From assembly GCA_963827275.1 (NCBI GenBank), contig CAWHAA010000008.1, forward strand, positions 64,001 to 128,000: 64,000 nucleotides of DNA, given 5' to 3'. Shown in pieces: positions 1-9,907 of the stretch. The notes below the pieces were generated by a model, which saw only the letters and a program-made list of their open reading frames with translations, was not told the origin of the DNA and made no database searches. The stretch's first letter is position 1. Each line of letters opens with the position of its first letter. Both the position numbers and the translations under genes were made by a program. Source of the DNA: an uncultured Spirochaetota bacterium. GTDB lineage: Bacteria > Spirochaetota > UBA4802 > UBA5550.

Positions 1-1683
1 GAAAGTTATTTTTTACTTCCTGGCCACATGAGTCACGGTAAGGTTAAAAAAACTTTAAAAAAACCCTTTGTGATAAAATTCGAAAATTTATATGAAAAAG
101 CAATGGTCAAAGCAGTTAATCGTAAATATCTTTTTATTTCATTAATGGTTATTCTACTAATGGCTTCTGTAGTTCTCTTTGCCCGATTTGTCGATAAAGA
201 CCCTTTTCCGCAGGATGCGGCTGAAGGTTTTAGCATAGCAGTCACTCTACCGAAAGGCTCGCCTCCTGAGGAAACAGAAAAATCAGTAATTGAAATGGAG
301 CAACTGCTGAAAAAACTCCCCGAGAATGAGATTGTAGGATTCAGTTCGAGGATCGGCACCCAAAGCCTGTTAAGCGCCACCACAATGGGAACGCAAAACA
401 ATATCGCGGTTATCTTTGTTTATTTAAAACCATTCTCTCAGCGGGACCGTACTGCAGATCAGATAATGGCAGCACTGAAAAAAGATATAACACGGGCTGC
501 GGTCCAATCTCATTCACTTTTTGTAATGAATCTAAGCAGACTAGGGCCACCCATGGGACGCCCCTTTGAGATTAGAATAATTTCTAACGACAACGAACTT
601 CGAGGAAATAAAGAAAGAGAAATCAGAAAATATTTAAAGACACTACCGGGGATATTTGATATTGAAAATGATGATATCGAGGGGAAAAATGAACTAAATC
701 TTAAAATCAACCATGATATTCTTTCAAGAACCGGCCTTACTGTCGAGGATGTCCTGACAACTCTTCGTATCGCATTTGACGGAATGATAGTCACTAACCT
801 GTCAACTGTAGACAAAACTATTGAATTCAGACTGCGTCTGAATGAACGCGCGAGAGCAGATAAGAATTTTATCGACAACCTGCCTATCGCAAACAGCATG
901 GGAAATATAATAAATCTATCGATGTTTACATCTTTGGTGGAACAGCAATCACGCGCCGGAATTCATCATATAAACGGCATCAGGGCCACAACCATTTTCG
1001 GGAATACCGACCTGAAGAAAATATCCCCCGTTGAGGTAATGAACAAGGTGCGGTCATTATATCCTTCTGATGCAAATGTTGCTATAGAATACTCCGGCCA
1101 ACCTGTTGAAACAAATCAAATTTTTTCAGGGCTTGCCTCAGCCGCTCTGGCCGCCTTTGTCGGCATTTATCTTCTTATTTCGCTTATACTTAATTCTTTC
1201 TCAAAACCTTTGATAATAATGACTTCAATCCCCTTTCTTGTTATCGGGTTTGCTTTTGTTCTGATTACTCATGGCATACCCGCTTCGATGATGGGAGGTA
1301 TTGCTATGGTAGGTCTTATGGGGGTTATTGTTAACAACTCCATTATTATGGCTGATACAATCCGCGGGCTTTCGGGTGATCATCAAATTACTAAAAATAT
1401 TATTATTAAGGGCGCAGTCTCGCGTCTCAGGCCGGTTCTCCTGACTACAATAACAACTGTATTTGGAGTTCTTCCAACAGGTTACGGTATAGGCGGTTCT
1501 GACCCGTTCCTTGCGCATATGTCGCTTGTACTGGCCTACGGTTTGCTTTTTGGCACAGCTATTACACTTTTCATGGTTCCATTATTGTTTACTGCAAGTG
1601 TAGATATTTCCAATAGTGCAGTCAGAATAACTAAAAAATTTAACATTACCTTTCTTTCCAGGTATCTGCCTCCTCTCAGGTAA
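1..1683 (+). CDS. RND efflux transporter permease subunit (AcrB/AcrD/AcrF family), 5' part outside window
   Basis: Frame is open from base 1; C-terminal RND motifs (GVIVNNSII, SRLRPVLLTTITT, GLLFGT). The last codons run into a degenerate copy of the 127-bp repeat. AT-rich relative to host genes. Confidence 0.9.
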   Translation, partial: ESYFLLPGHMSHGKVKKTLKKPFVIKFENLYEKAMVKAVNRKYLFISLMVILLMASVVLFARFVDKDPFPQDAAEGFSIAVTLPKGSPPEETEKSVIEMEQLLKKLPENEIVGFSSRIGTQSLLSATTMGTQNNIAVIFVYLKPFSQRDRTADQIMAALKKDITRAAVQSHSLFVMNLSRLGPPMGRPFEIRIISNDNELRGNKEREIRKYLKTLPGIFDIENDDIEGKNELNLKINHDILSRTGLTVEDVLTTLRIAFDGMIVTNLSTVDKTIEFRLRLNERARADKNFIDNLPIANSMGNIINLSMFTSLVEQQSRAGIHHINGIRATTIFGNTDLKKISPVEVMNKVRSLYPSDANVAIEYSGQPVETNQIFSGLASAALAAFVGIYLLISLILNSFSKPLIIMTSIPFLVIGFAFVLITHGIPASMMGGIAMVGLMGVIVNNSIIMADTIRGLSGDHQITKNIIIKGAVSRLRPVLLTTITTVFGVLPTGYGIGGSDPFLAHMSLVLAYGLLFGTAITLFMVPLLFTASVDISNSAVRITKKFNITFLSRYLPPLR

Positions 1684-1717
1684 AGGCCCGGGGGACACAA
1701 TGAGCTTTATGTGAAGC
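1660..1717 (+). repeat. Degenerate partial copy of the 127-bp repeat
   Basis: aggtatctgcctcctctcaggtaaaggcccgggggacacaatgagctttatgtgaagc aligns without gaps to repeat positions 8-65. Confidence 0.75.
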
Positions 1718-1748
1718 AAGTATGTGAGATCGTCCTGCAACTAATATA

Positions 1749-1795
1749 AATATATAGGAATCTGTTGCCTCATCAGTACAAGCCCAGGGGACACA
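1749..1795 (+). repeat. Exact partial copy (first 47 bp) of the 127-bp repeat
   Basis: aatatataggaatctgttgcctcatcagtacaagcccaggggacaca is identical to the start of the full repeat. Confidence 0.95.
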
Positions 1796-1885
1796 TGGAG
1801 GGGCTTAATCTAAGAGGAAGTAATTGCTGATAAAAAGCATTCAGTCACATTGACCTGTACTGAATACGGAGCATTGTCCTATATA
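1796..1885 (-). repeat. Inverted diverged copy of the repeat, abutting R5 end to end
   Basis: Reverse complement tatataggacaatgctccgtattcagtacaggtcaatgtgactgaatgctttttatcagcaattacttcctcttagattaagcccctcca aligns to the repeat and closely to the variant at 12368-12493. Confidence 0.85.
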
Positions 1886-2012
1886 AATATATAGGAATCT
1901 GTTGCCTCATCAGTACAAGCCCAGGGGACACAAAGCATTTTATATGAAGCTGCTTCCTCTCAAGTGAAGCCGCCTCCAACATAAAAAAGCGCTGGACAGG
2001 AGCTTAAAATTT
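1886..2012 (+). repeat. 127-bp direct repeat R5 (putative IS91-type oriIS-bearing end)
   Basis: Identical to copies at 8246, 12240, 16140 and 17864 (aatatataggaatc...gcttaaaattt). Confidence 0.98.
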
Positions 2013-2792
2013 GTCCCAACAATGTATATTGGCCTTCTCAATCATCCCCGGATCGAATCACTCGATCTGTCTTTCGTGTCAGGGTGTTTCAGCGGCAGCG
2101 CTCCTCTGGCAGTGGAAATAATAAAGAAGTTCGAAGAAAAAACCGGGACCGTCATCTGCGAGGGCTTCGGGATGACCGAGTCATCACCCGTCACCCATAT
2201 CAATCCCTTTGCAAAAGGCAGGACCAAGCCCGGGAGTATCGGTATACCGATTCCCGATGTCGAATGCCGCATCGTGAGCATCGAAGACCAGAGTACCGAT
2301 GTCGAGCCCGGCGAACCCGGCGAGCTCATCATGCGTGGGCCACAGGTCATGAGGGGATACAAGGGGATGAGCGGTGAAACCGAGAATACCATTCGCGACG
2401 GATGGCTGCATACGGGCGATATAGCGCGGATGGACGATGAAGGCTATTTTTACATCGTCGACCGGTTAAAGGACATGATATTGTCCGGAGGGTACAACGT
2501 GTATCCGCGCGACATCGACGAGATACTGTATACGCACCCGAAGGTGCTCGAGGCCTGCTCGATCGGCGTACCGCATTTGAAGCGCGGTGAAGCCATCAAG
2601 GTGTTTGTCGTGCTCAAGCCTGGAGAAGAGGCCACCGTTCAGGAGATAATCGATTTCTGCAAAGACAAGCTCGCGGTGTACAAGCTGCCTGAGGAAGTCG
2701 AATTCAGGAATGACCTCCCGAAATCAACGGTCGGTAAAATCCTCAGGAAAGAGCTCAAGGCCGAAGAGATGAATAAAAGGAAGAATAAGTAG
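2013..2792 (+). pseudogene. fadD: 5'-truncated long-chain-fatty-acid--CoA ligase
   Basis: Begins at VPTMYIGLL directly after the repeat; has EGFGMTESSP, GWLHTGD, DRLKDMI and LPKSTVGKILR; the N-terminal half including the P-loop is missing. Confidence 0.9.
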
Positions 2793-2899
2793 ATGAAGGA
2801 TTGCGCAGCTTGCCCGTGCAAGCTGCGCAATGACCGAATGACATTAACCGGTTGTCGACAAGGGACATTTTCCGGTGCCCCCGTTTTTTGACGATTGTA

Positions 2900-3778
2900 C
2901 TATAATTTATCTTTGACCCACTCCCATGTTTTCTCCCAGACTTCCATGCGGTTGACCTCGTTGAAGTTCTCATGGTAATTGGCGTGGTAGTAGATAACAT
3001 CGACCGGCTGGCGCTTGATCGATTTCAGCGCATTCTCGCTGTGTTCCGGGTCTGCCAGCATGTCCTGGCCGGCGATGATTCCGAGTATGGGTGATGCGTC
3101 CCATTGGGCTATATTGCCGAGCACGAACTTCTGGGCCTTTTCCGATGCGACGGCCAGACCCGCAGTGGCCGTTTTTCCACGCACGCCGCTTTTCTCATCG
3201 GCATGATGGCGCGCCGTGATTTCGGCGTCATGAGTCAGGTGATCGGTAACCGGCTGCGGAGTTACCTCGAACCTGGGGTTCATGAGGGATATGATTTTAG
3301 CCATGGCCCTCAATACGGGAGATACTTTCACCCTGTTGACAAGCCAGGGGGATGAAAGAATGGCCCCGGCTATGCCGGATCCCTTGCCGATAGTCAGGCC
3401 GTAGTAGAGGGATATGAGGGCGCCGTTTGAATGGGAAAGAAAGAAGACCGGTACCCCGCGGTGCTTCATCCTTACATCGCGTACATACTGATCAATGTCC
3501 CTGACGTAGGTGTCGTATGAGTCGATATGAAAGAAGTTTTTTTCCCCGGGATTATGCCGGGGAAAATCCCCGTGCCATCTCATGTCAGGGGCGTAAGTGG
3601 CGATCCCCTTGTTCCTGAAAAAAAGCGCCGTTTCCATCCAGTCTCCTGCATAGGCCATACCGCCGTGAACTGCAATGAAGACCGCGCGGGGTTTTTCCCT
3701 GGGGAGCCATACGTGTGACACCAGCTTTGCAGTGCTGTCAGGCTGAAAGATTTCACATTTTGTTTCTGAATACTTCAT
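2900..3778 (-). CDS. Alpha/beta hydrolase (lysophospholipase/monoacylglycerol lipase-like)
   Basis: VHGG, DMRWHG, SHSNG nucleophile elbow, catalytic His in YHENFNE. Confidence 0.88.
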   Translation of the reverse strand: MKYSETKCEIFQPDSTAKLVSHVWLPREKPRAVFIAVHGGMAYAGDWMETALFFRNKGIATYAPDMRWHGDFPRHNPGEKNFFHIDSYDTYVRDIDQYVRDVRMKHRGVPVFFLSHSNGALISLYYGLTIGKGSGIAGAILSSPWLVNRVKVSPVLRAMAKIISLMNPRFEVTPQPVTDHLTHDAEITARHHADEKSGVRGKTATAGLAVASEKAQKFVLGNIAQWDASPILGIIAGQDMLADPEHSENALKSIKRQPVDVIYYHANYHENFNEVNRMEVWEKTWEWVKDKL

Positions 3779-3896
3779 CTCATACTCCTGCTGACTGTTG
3801 TATAAAAAAATGATACCGGCAGGGTTGTAACCCTGGCCGGCATAAGTGTACCCGGTTTTATTACAAGCGGGGAAGGATCCCCGCAGGTAAGCTTAT

Positions 3897-5675
3897 TTAC
3901 TTGACCGTGTTTTCGATCATGAAATCAATCATCGGCATGAATACCTCGTTTTCCCTGTCCGGGTTGTCGGTGGCGGCAGTGAGGGTGTCGAAGTGGTCGT
4001 ATCCTTCGGCCGTGACCTGTGAAACGTCAATGCCTGCGTTTTTCGCCGGTTCATAGAATGGACCGTCCCCTGCGAGCGACAGGAAAACATGCTGCTCTTC
4101 GAGCTTGGCATGATGGAAATAGTTCAGGCCGTATTTTTTACTCACTGGATAGGTTGCCATCAGCATGTCAATGACGATCCTGGTGGGGAAGTACCATTCC
4201 ATGAGATTCGACGGGCCCTTGTACATGGTAGCCGCGATCGTGTGCAGGTCGGTGACCTCGGCTTTCTGCGTGGTAAAGGCGAGCTCATCCTTGCCGAGCT
4301 CGTTGTAGTTTTTCCATGTATAAAGCACATTCTTGTCATCGGCGATATAGAGATTGTCCCCGGTAAAAAGAATACTGATGAGATCGGTCAGTGGAGGAAT
4401 TTCGGGAAGTCCGTCGGGAAGCGGGAAATTCTTTTTCACTATAGCCCCGCCGCTCAGCATCCCTATGCTGCCGTTACAGATCGATATTGGCATGAAGTTG
4501 TCGTCGAGGAATACGCCAAGCAGCGCCTCGTTGGTGAAACGGTAGTCCGCTATGGACGGGTCGGGCTGAAGAAACTGGACAAGGCTGCGGGAATGCACCA
4601 GCTTGAGCAGCGTTTCGACGCTGGCAGAGTAGGGGACTTTGCCGAGGAGAGTGGATTCCTCGTCGGGCCTGGTATCGGCCAGTATGCCGATGAGCTCGAG
4701 CAGCATGTATGTTTCGGAGTTAAACCCCATCGTTTTGATGGGCAGTATGCGCGGGAGGGTGCTGTTTTTCAGCCCGGCGACGATGATCGGGTAGGCGCCG
4801 CTCGCCATCCCCGGGACCATTGCCTGTATTGATCCGGGAAGCATTGCCATAATGGGATCGAAGAGATCGACGAAGGGAGACACGATCGTGTCGAGGCCCA
4901 CGATGCCGGCGCAGTTGTTGTATCCGGCGTCATTGGTGGTTGCGGGGTTGCCGTCAAAGTCCCATCCGCTGAAGAAAGCCGCAAGGAACCCGCCCAGTGA
5001 ATGGCCGCCCACGAATACTTTCTTCTTGCGGACTTTCTGGTCGGGGACCAGGGTCTTGATGAGAGTATAAACATCCTCCATGATGAGCTTGAGGCCCATA
5101 TCGGCAAGATAAGGGACATCCTTGTTAAGTAAATAGCCCTTGAACGTTTTACCGTTGATCGCCTTGCCTTTATAATAATAATCCAGGGCAACGTCGATAT
5201 TCCCGGTTCTCTCGGCCTCCTCGACGCCGGTGAGGTCCTCGAGGCTGTTGTATCTTCTGTCGGGGATCCATACTTCAAGCGCGATGCCGCGCTCCTTCTG
5301 GGCCATCGAAACCATTTCCCTGCCCAGGAATGACATGACGTTGTTGCTTACCAGTATGCCCGTCATGAGCACGAGCACCTGGTCTGCGTCTGAACCGTCG
5401 CCCTTTTTGCCCGCAAGACCGTAGCGGAGATACTTGATCTTCTGGCATTCAGCGGGAAGATTGGCAATACTGATCGGGGCGTTAATGCTTCTCATTTCGG
5501 AAACCACATCGACCGAAGCAACGGTCTCCAGCTGCATCGAGATAGTGTCTCCCGGGACTTCCGGCGATGTTCCATCCGTGAGGGAACCCGGGGAGGAAAG
5601 ATCATCACATCCTGAAAATAGTATGAGAGCGGTAATCGTGAAACATAAACCGAGTTTGTGGATCGTTGAAATCAT
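3897..5675 (-). CDS. Putative lipoprotein with alpha/beta hydrolase fold
   Basis: Lipobox-like LFSGC after hydrophobic N-terminus; GGHSLGG motif; C-terminal GYDHFD. Confidence 0.75.
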   Translation of the reverse strand: MISTIHKLGLCFTITALILFSGCDDLSSPGSLTDGTSPEVPGDTISMQLETVASVDVVSEMRSINAPISIANLPAECQKIKYLRYGLAGKKGDGSDADQVLVLMTGILVSNNVMSFLGREMVSMAQKERGIALEVWIPDRRYNSLEDLTGVEEAERTGNIDVALDYYYKGKAINGKTFKGYLLNKDVPYLADMGLKLIMEDVYTLIKTLVPDQKVRKKKVFVGGHSLGGFLAAFFSGWDFDGNPATTNDAGYNNCAGIVGLDTIVSPFVDLFDPIMAMLPGSIQAMVPGMASGAYPIIVAGLKNSTLPRILPIKTMGFNSETYMLLELIGILADTRPDEESTLLGKVPYSASVETLLKLVHSRSLVQFLQPDPSIADYRFTNEALLGVFLDDNFMPISICNGSIGMLSGGAIVKKNFPLPDGLPEIPPLTDLISILFTGDNLYIADDKNVLYTWKNYNELGKDELAFTTQKAEVTDLHTIAATMYKGPSNLMEWYFPTRIVIDMLMATYPVSKKYGLNYFHHAKLEEQHVFLSLAGDGPFYEPAKNAGIDVSQVTAEGYDHFDTLTAATDNPDRENEVFMPMIDFMIENTVK

Positions 5676-5803
5676 GCTGCACCTCCATCTTCGTCTTTCT
5701 GAAACCATCTGGACGGTTTGATGGATTTAACGTAGCACAATGATTATTGGCTGTCTTATTAATTCACGACATGTCGGAAAATGTGAAGACTGAAGGGCGG
5801 TAT

Positions 5804-7378
5804 TTATTGCCCGGAATCGCTGTTTTTGCGGAAATCCGAGGGCGTCATCCCGGTTATTTTGAGAAAAACCCTGTTGAAGGTAGCGAGGTTTTCGTATCCG
5901 ACCGAAAACGCTATATCGATGATCCTGTTTTCGGGATTTTTCAGCTGGTCACGCGCGTCTGCTATCCTGCGCTCGTTGATGTAGTCCTGTATCTTTTTGC
6001 CGGTGTACGAGGTGAAGATGCGGCTCAGGTGGTCGGGGCTCATGCCGATCGAGCCGGCCAGGCCCTCGCGGGAGATGTCGGACCGGTAGTTTTCGTCGAG
6101 GAAGGCCATGATCCGCTTCAGCTTGTCTTCTGCCGAGGAGGTCACGGTGAAGCCCCTGGCCGGGGTATCCGGTTCGCTCAGCTTGCTGTAAAGCAGGGCA
6201 AGGGCGGTTTTACTGCTGATAAGGTCCCGGACGATGTATATGATGGCGAGCGTCGAGATGATCGGTATCGTATAGGTATGGGTCAGGGGAGGTGTATGGA
6301 TAAAGAACAGATAGCTTGTCACATCCCATAATATCAGCGAGCCCGGGAGAAACCCGAAAATGATGAACAGTGTAATGGACGCGTCTTTTTTGATTTTTTT
6401 GATCGTATACAGGACATGGCCCAGAACAAGGGCAGCTGCGAACATCGCTGACGTACCCAGTATCCTTCCGGGGTAATACGGGGATGTCGTATCGGGAAAG
6501 ATCCATATGACCACTGTGATAATTATGAACGCAGGAATGACGATCTTGTTGTGCCCGGAAAGGTAGCATTTATAGTACGCCTGGATGAAAAGCAGGTACA
6601 GGATTGAGAAAGAAGACGGGCACGACCAGAGAAACGTGACCCTCGCGTCGATCGAGAAAGGGAACCATGGAGAAAACAGGGACAGGATATACAGGCTCCA
6701 GCATATGAGGACGGATGCCGCGTACACGTTGACTTTTTCGGTCCGGTTGTAGTAAAACAGGGCCAGGTTGAACATGGCCTGCGCCACGAGGAAAATAACG
6801 ATGCCTATCGGGAGCTGGCCGTAGATGAAACTGTCGAGTATCGTCGTACGAATAAAGGTTTCCCCGGGCATGAGCGCGGGCGATCCTCTGACGCCGCCGT
6901 ATTCTTTTCCATAGATACCGAGATATACATGCACGGTATTCTTTCCCGCTTTAAGCGTCCCGCGCGGAATGGTGTAGTTCCTGGGCGTATGCACGGCCTG
7001 TATCTCCTCGGCGGTGTGGCTCCCGACCGGGATGCCGTTAATGAAGCTGCGGTCGGTGTAATATATCCTCCCGAGGTTGATGCCCGCAAACCGGTCCGGG
7101 TCTCCGGTGATGTCGACATCCCCCCTGAGCCATAAGTGGCTGTATTGACCCTTTCTCGTCACCGGATGACGGAACATCGCGGGCAGTGAAATCGGCTTCC
7201 ACAGAGCGTCGTCGCAGGGGATGGTTTCGGTTTCGCTGAAGATGACGGACCAATTCGTGACCGGCAGATCGTCCCGGGCTGGGGAACATCCCCCCAGGGT
7301 GATGACGAGCGCGGCCGCAAAAAACACGGGGATTCTCATCACCCGGCGTTTAATGGTATGTATTTTTAGTACTGACAT
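5804..7378 (-). CDS. Membrane-anchored AraC-family regulator (periplasmic jelly-roll + multi-TM + HTH)
   Basis: Signal/lipobox, several TM segments, C-terminal AraC HTH (IIDIAFSVGYENLATFNRVFLKITGMTPSDFRK). Confidence 0.88.
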   Translation of the reverse strand: MSVLKIHTIKRRVMRIPVFFAAALVITLGGCSPARDDLPVTNWSVIFSETETIPCDDALWKPISLPAMFRHPVTRKGQYSHLWLRGDVDITGDPDRFAGINLGRIYYTDRSFINGIPVGSHTAEEIQAVHTPRNYTIPRGTLKAGKNTVHVYLGIYGKEYGGVRGSPALMPGETFIRTTILDSFIYGQLPIGIVIFLVAQAMFNLALFYYNRTEKVNVYAASVLICWSLYILSLFSPWFPFSIDARVTFLWSCPSSFSILYLLFIQAYYKCYLSGHNKIVIPAFIIITVVIWIFPDTTSPYYPGRILGTSAMFAAALVLGHVLYTIKKIKKDASITLFIIFGFLPGSLILWDVTSYLFFIHTPPLTHTYTIPIISTLAIIYIVRDLISSKTALALLYSKLSEPDTPARGFTVTSSAEDKLKRIMAFLDENYRSDISREGLAGSIGMSPDHLSRIFTSYTGKKIQDYINERRIADARDQLKNPENRIIDIAFSVGYENLATFNRVFLKITGMTPSDFRKNSDSGQ

Positions 7379-7420
7379 TTTTTTACGGTATAATCCGCCA
7401 GATCGTATTTTAAAAGATTG

Positions 7421-7577
7421 CCACTGCGGCGCAGAGACACAGAGGAAAATATGACAGAGCTAAGATTAAGATATAACTTCTTTATCCCACGACGGAGAAA
7501 AACTAGATGTTTAAATCTTTTATTAGACTTCTTCATTATAGTATATTGTTGTTCTCTGTGCCTCGGTGACTCTGTGG
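7421..7577. repeat. Imperfect inverted repeat pair (cagagacacagag / ctctgtgcctcggtg) around an AT-rich spacer
   Basis: ccactgcggcgcagagacacagagg and ctctgtgcctcggtgactctgtgg are partly complementary. Confidence 0.45.
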
Positions 7578-7696
7578 CCTTCTTAACATAGATGCTGCTG
7601 CCCGACATGTCAAGCGGAATGAGCCGGGCTGGCTGTCCGGAAAAAAATTTGTTGATTTAATAGGAGGGGAGTATTAGCTTTGGGACGAATCGTACA

Positions 7697-7770
7697 GGGC
7701 GATTAGCTCAGCTGGTTAGAGCGCCTGCCTCACATGCAGGAGGTCGTTGGTTCGAGTCCAATATCGCCCA
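7697..7770 (+). tRNA. tRNA-Val(CAC)
   Basis: Cloverleaf gggcgat...atcgccca; D-arm agctcagctggttagagc; anticodon arm cctgc-ctCACat-gcagg; T-loop ggttcgagtcc; CCA not encoded. Confidence 0.96.
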
Positions 7771-7895
7771 AAAGAACTTCTGGAATATTCAGGAGTTAGA
7801 AAGCTACCGGACAACCGGCGCTTCTTAAAAATCCAAAAGTGTAGCACAAGTGTAGCATGAATTTGCACGGTGCTCACGATTGCAGGAGGCTTAAG

Positions 7896-8110
7896 ATGTC
7901 GTCGCACGGTAAACCCTACTCACTCTACAAACGAAATCGCACCTATTACGTCCGTTACAAACTCCCTGACAACCAATGGAGCACCGCAAAGAGCACCGGG
8001 GAAAGTTCCAGGAGCAAGGCCGAGCGCTGGGCTTTCGATTATCTCTCTGCAGGGAAGATCGTTACTAAAAAGAACGTTACCCTTGCCGAGTATGCACAGG
8101 GCTACAGTGT
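7896..8110 (+). pseudogene. N-terminal stub of a tRNA-adjacent phage-type (tyrosine) integrase
   Basis: RBS ggagg then MSSHGKPYSLYKRNRTYYVRYK..AKSTG..AERWA..VTLAEYA, resembling integrase N-termini; about 125 bp downstream of the tRNA; no catalytic domain before R4. End approximate. Confidence 0.6.
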
Positions 8111-8245
8111 TGATTCAAGACCGCGGCGGCAATTCTTTCGCGGTCATGGTTGGGGAGGATGTGGGACTACCCTGCCCCGGAATACAGTATTACAATACCT
8201 ATTACGCGAAATAACTCAAATTGAATTAAAAACTTTTATATCATT

Positions 8246-8372
8246 AATATATAGGAATCTGTTGCCTCATCAGTACAAGCCCAGGGGACACAAAGCATTT
8301 TATATGAAGCTGCTTCCTCTCAAGTGAAGCCGCCTCCAACATAAAAAAGCGCTGGACAGGAGCTTAAAATTT
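8246..8372 (+). repeat. 127-bp direct repeat R4
   Basis: Identical to the other four full copies. Confidence 0.98.
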
Positions 8373-8373
8373 T

Positions 8374-8433
8374 CAGAACTGGATCGAGGTCTACGAGATG
8401 TTCGCGAAGCTGTACAAGTTTATCCCGTGGTAA
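8374..8433 (+). pseudogene. Orphan 3' end of an unknown gene (QNWIEVYEMFAKLYKFIPW*)
   Basis: Host-like GC3-rich codons starting at the repeat boundary with no start codon, ending in TAA. Confidence 0.5.
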
Positions 8434-8451
8434 ACGGCTCAATCGCCCCCC

Positions 8452-8564
8452 GTCCAGCGCTTTTTTATGTTGAAAATATCAGGCTGATCTCCCATGATAG
8501 CTGCCGATATGGCCGATTCATTCGCATTGGCCTGTGCTGAATACAGAGCATTTTCTTAGATATT
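8452..8564 (-). repeat. Inverted diverged copy of the repeat
   Basis: gtccagcgcttttttatgttg is the exact 21-nt reverse complement of repeat sequence; the distal part cattggcctgtgctgaatacagagcattttcttagata closely matches the inverted variant at 1848-1885. Confidence 0.85.
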
Positions 8565-8616
8565 GATATTTATTCATCTTTCGTGCCCCCTCCGGGGGCC
8601 AGGGGGGCGTTGCCGC

Positions 8617-9873
8617 ATGACATTCATGGACCCCAAACAGCCGGTAATATTAGGATATGACATGGTATCCCCCCTGGGGAGCGACCTGGCATCGCAGTGG
8701 GACCGGGCGGCGCGCGGCGAAAGCGGCGTGAAGGAGCTCACGCGCTTTACCATGGACGGCGGCTTCCCCGTGCGCATCGCGGGCCAGGTGGAGGAAATTG
8801 ACGTCGCGCCCTATCCCTTCCTTTCGCCGCGCGAAATGGCGCACTGGACATCTCCTATTTACAAGCATGCGATGCTGGTGGCGCACCGGGCGCTCGTCCG
8901 GAGCGGCGTGGACATCACGCCGGACCTGGCGCCGCGCGTCGGCATCACCTTCAGCACCGCGGTAGGCGGCCTGGACGCGGTCATAGCCGCTGACCGGCTC
9001 ATCGTGAAGGAAGGAAAGGCCCCCAATCCCTTCACCAATCCCAACTCCTGCATCAACATGGTGGGGGGGAAGATATCGATCCTGACAAAAGCGACCGGGC
9101 CCATCAGCGCGACCATCACCGCATGCGCGACCGGGGCCACCTCCATGATCATCGGCTCCATGTTCCTCCGTCAGGGGATCGCGGACGTCGTGATATGCGG
9201 CGCGGTGGACTTCCCCCTGGTCGAGCCCATTGTCGCGGGGTTCGCCTCCATGAACGGCGCGTTCAAGCACAAGAAGGACCAGCCGGAGGATCCCGCCGCG
9301 GCGAGCCGTCCCTTCTCCGCCAACCGACGCGGGTTTGTCGTTTCGGAAGGCGCGGCAAGCGTGATCATCGCCACCAGGGAATTCGCCGAAGCGCACGGGC
9401 TGGATTACAAGATAGGGATCGCCGGCTGGAGCATGACCTCAGACGCCTACCACTTCGTCGCGCCCAATCCCGAAACCGTGACCCGCTGCATCGCGGAGAG
9501 CGTCGCCGCTGCGGGCCTCGCGCCCGGCGACATTGACGCGGTGAACGCGCACGGGACATCGACAAAGATCGGCGACAAGGTGGAATACGACGCGCTCAAA
9601 AGCGTGTTCGGCGATTCGATACCGCCGGTGTCCGCGAACAAATCCCAGATCGGGCACGCCATGGGCGCGTCCAGCGGCATAGAGTCGGTCCTTGCCATGG
9701 AAGGGATGCTCAGGGGCGCGGTCCTCCCCACGATAAATTACACTCCCGATCCGGAGATTCCCCTTGACTGCGTGCATGAGGGCGCCCGTTCGCTTGAACA
9801 GGAATTCACCCTCAAAAACGCCTTCGGCTTCGGCGGCTGCAATTCCTGTATTGTTTTCAGGAGGGCTGGCTGA
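8617..9873 (+). CDS. fabF: Beta-ketoacyl-ACP synthase II family protein
   Basis: TACATG catalytic Cys, NAHGTST, KSQIGHAMGA, KNAFGFGG. Confidence 0.92.
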   Translation: MTFMDPKQPVILGYDMVSPLGSDLASQWDRAARGESGVKELTRFTMDGGFPVRIAGQVEEIDVAPYPFLSPREMAHWTSPIYKHAMLVAHRALVRSGVDITPDLAPRVGITFSTAVGGLDAVIAADRLIVKEGKAPNPFTNPNSCINMVGGKISILTKATGPISATITACATGATSMIIGSMFLRQGIADVVICGAVDFPLVEPIVAGFASMNGAFKHKKDQPEDPAAASRPFSANRRGFVVSEGAASVIIATREFAEAHGLDYKIGIAGWSMTSDAYHFVAPNPETVTRCIAESVAAAGLAPGDIDAVNAHGTSTKIGDKVEYDALKSVFGDSIPPVSANKSQIGHAMGASSGIESVLAMEGMLRGAVLPTINYTPDPEIPLDCVHEGARSLEQEFTLKNAFGFGGCNSCIVFRRAG

Positions 9874-9907
9874 TTCAGTGGTGGGTTTTTCCGGGGCTGG
9901 CGCGCGG

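Noticed and set aside
2096..2102. cagcgct at the same offset after R5 as the inverted match after R4
   Set aside because: Only 7 bp, inside fadD coding sequence, and not repeated after R1, R2 or R3; likely chance.
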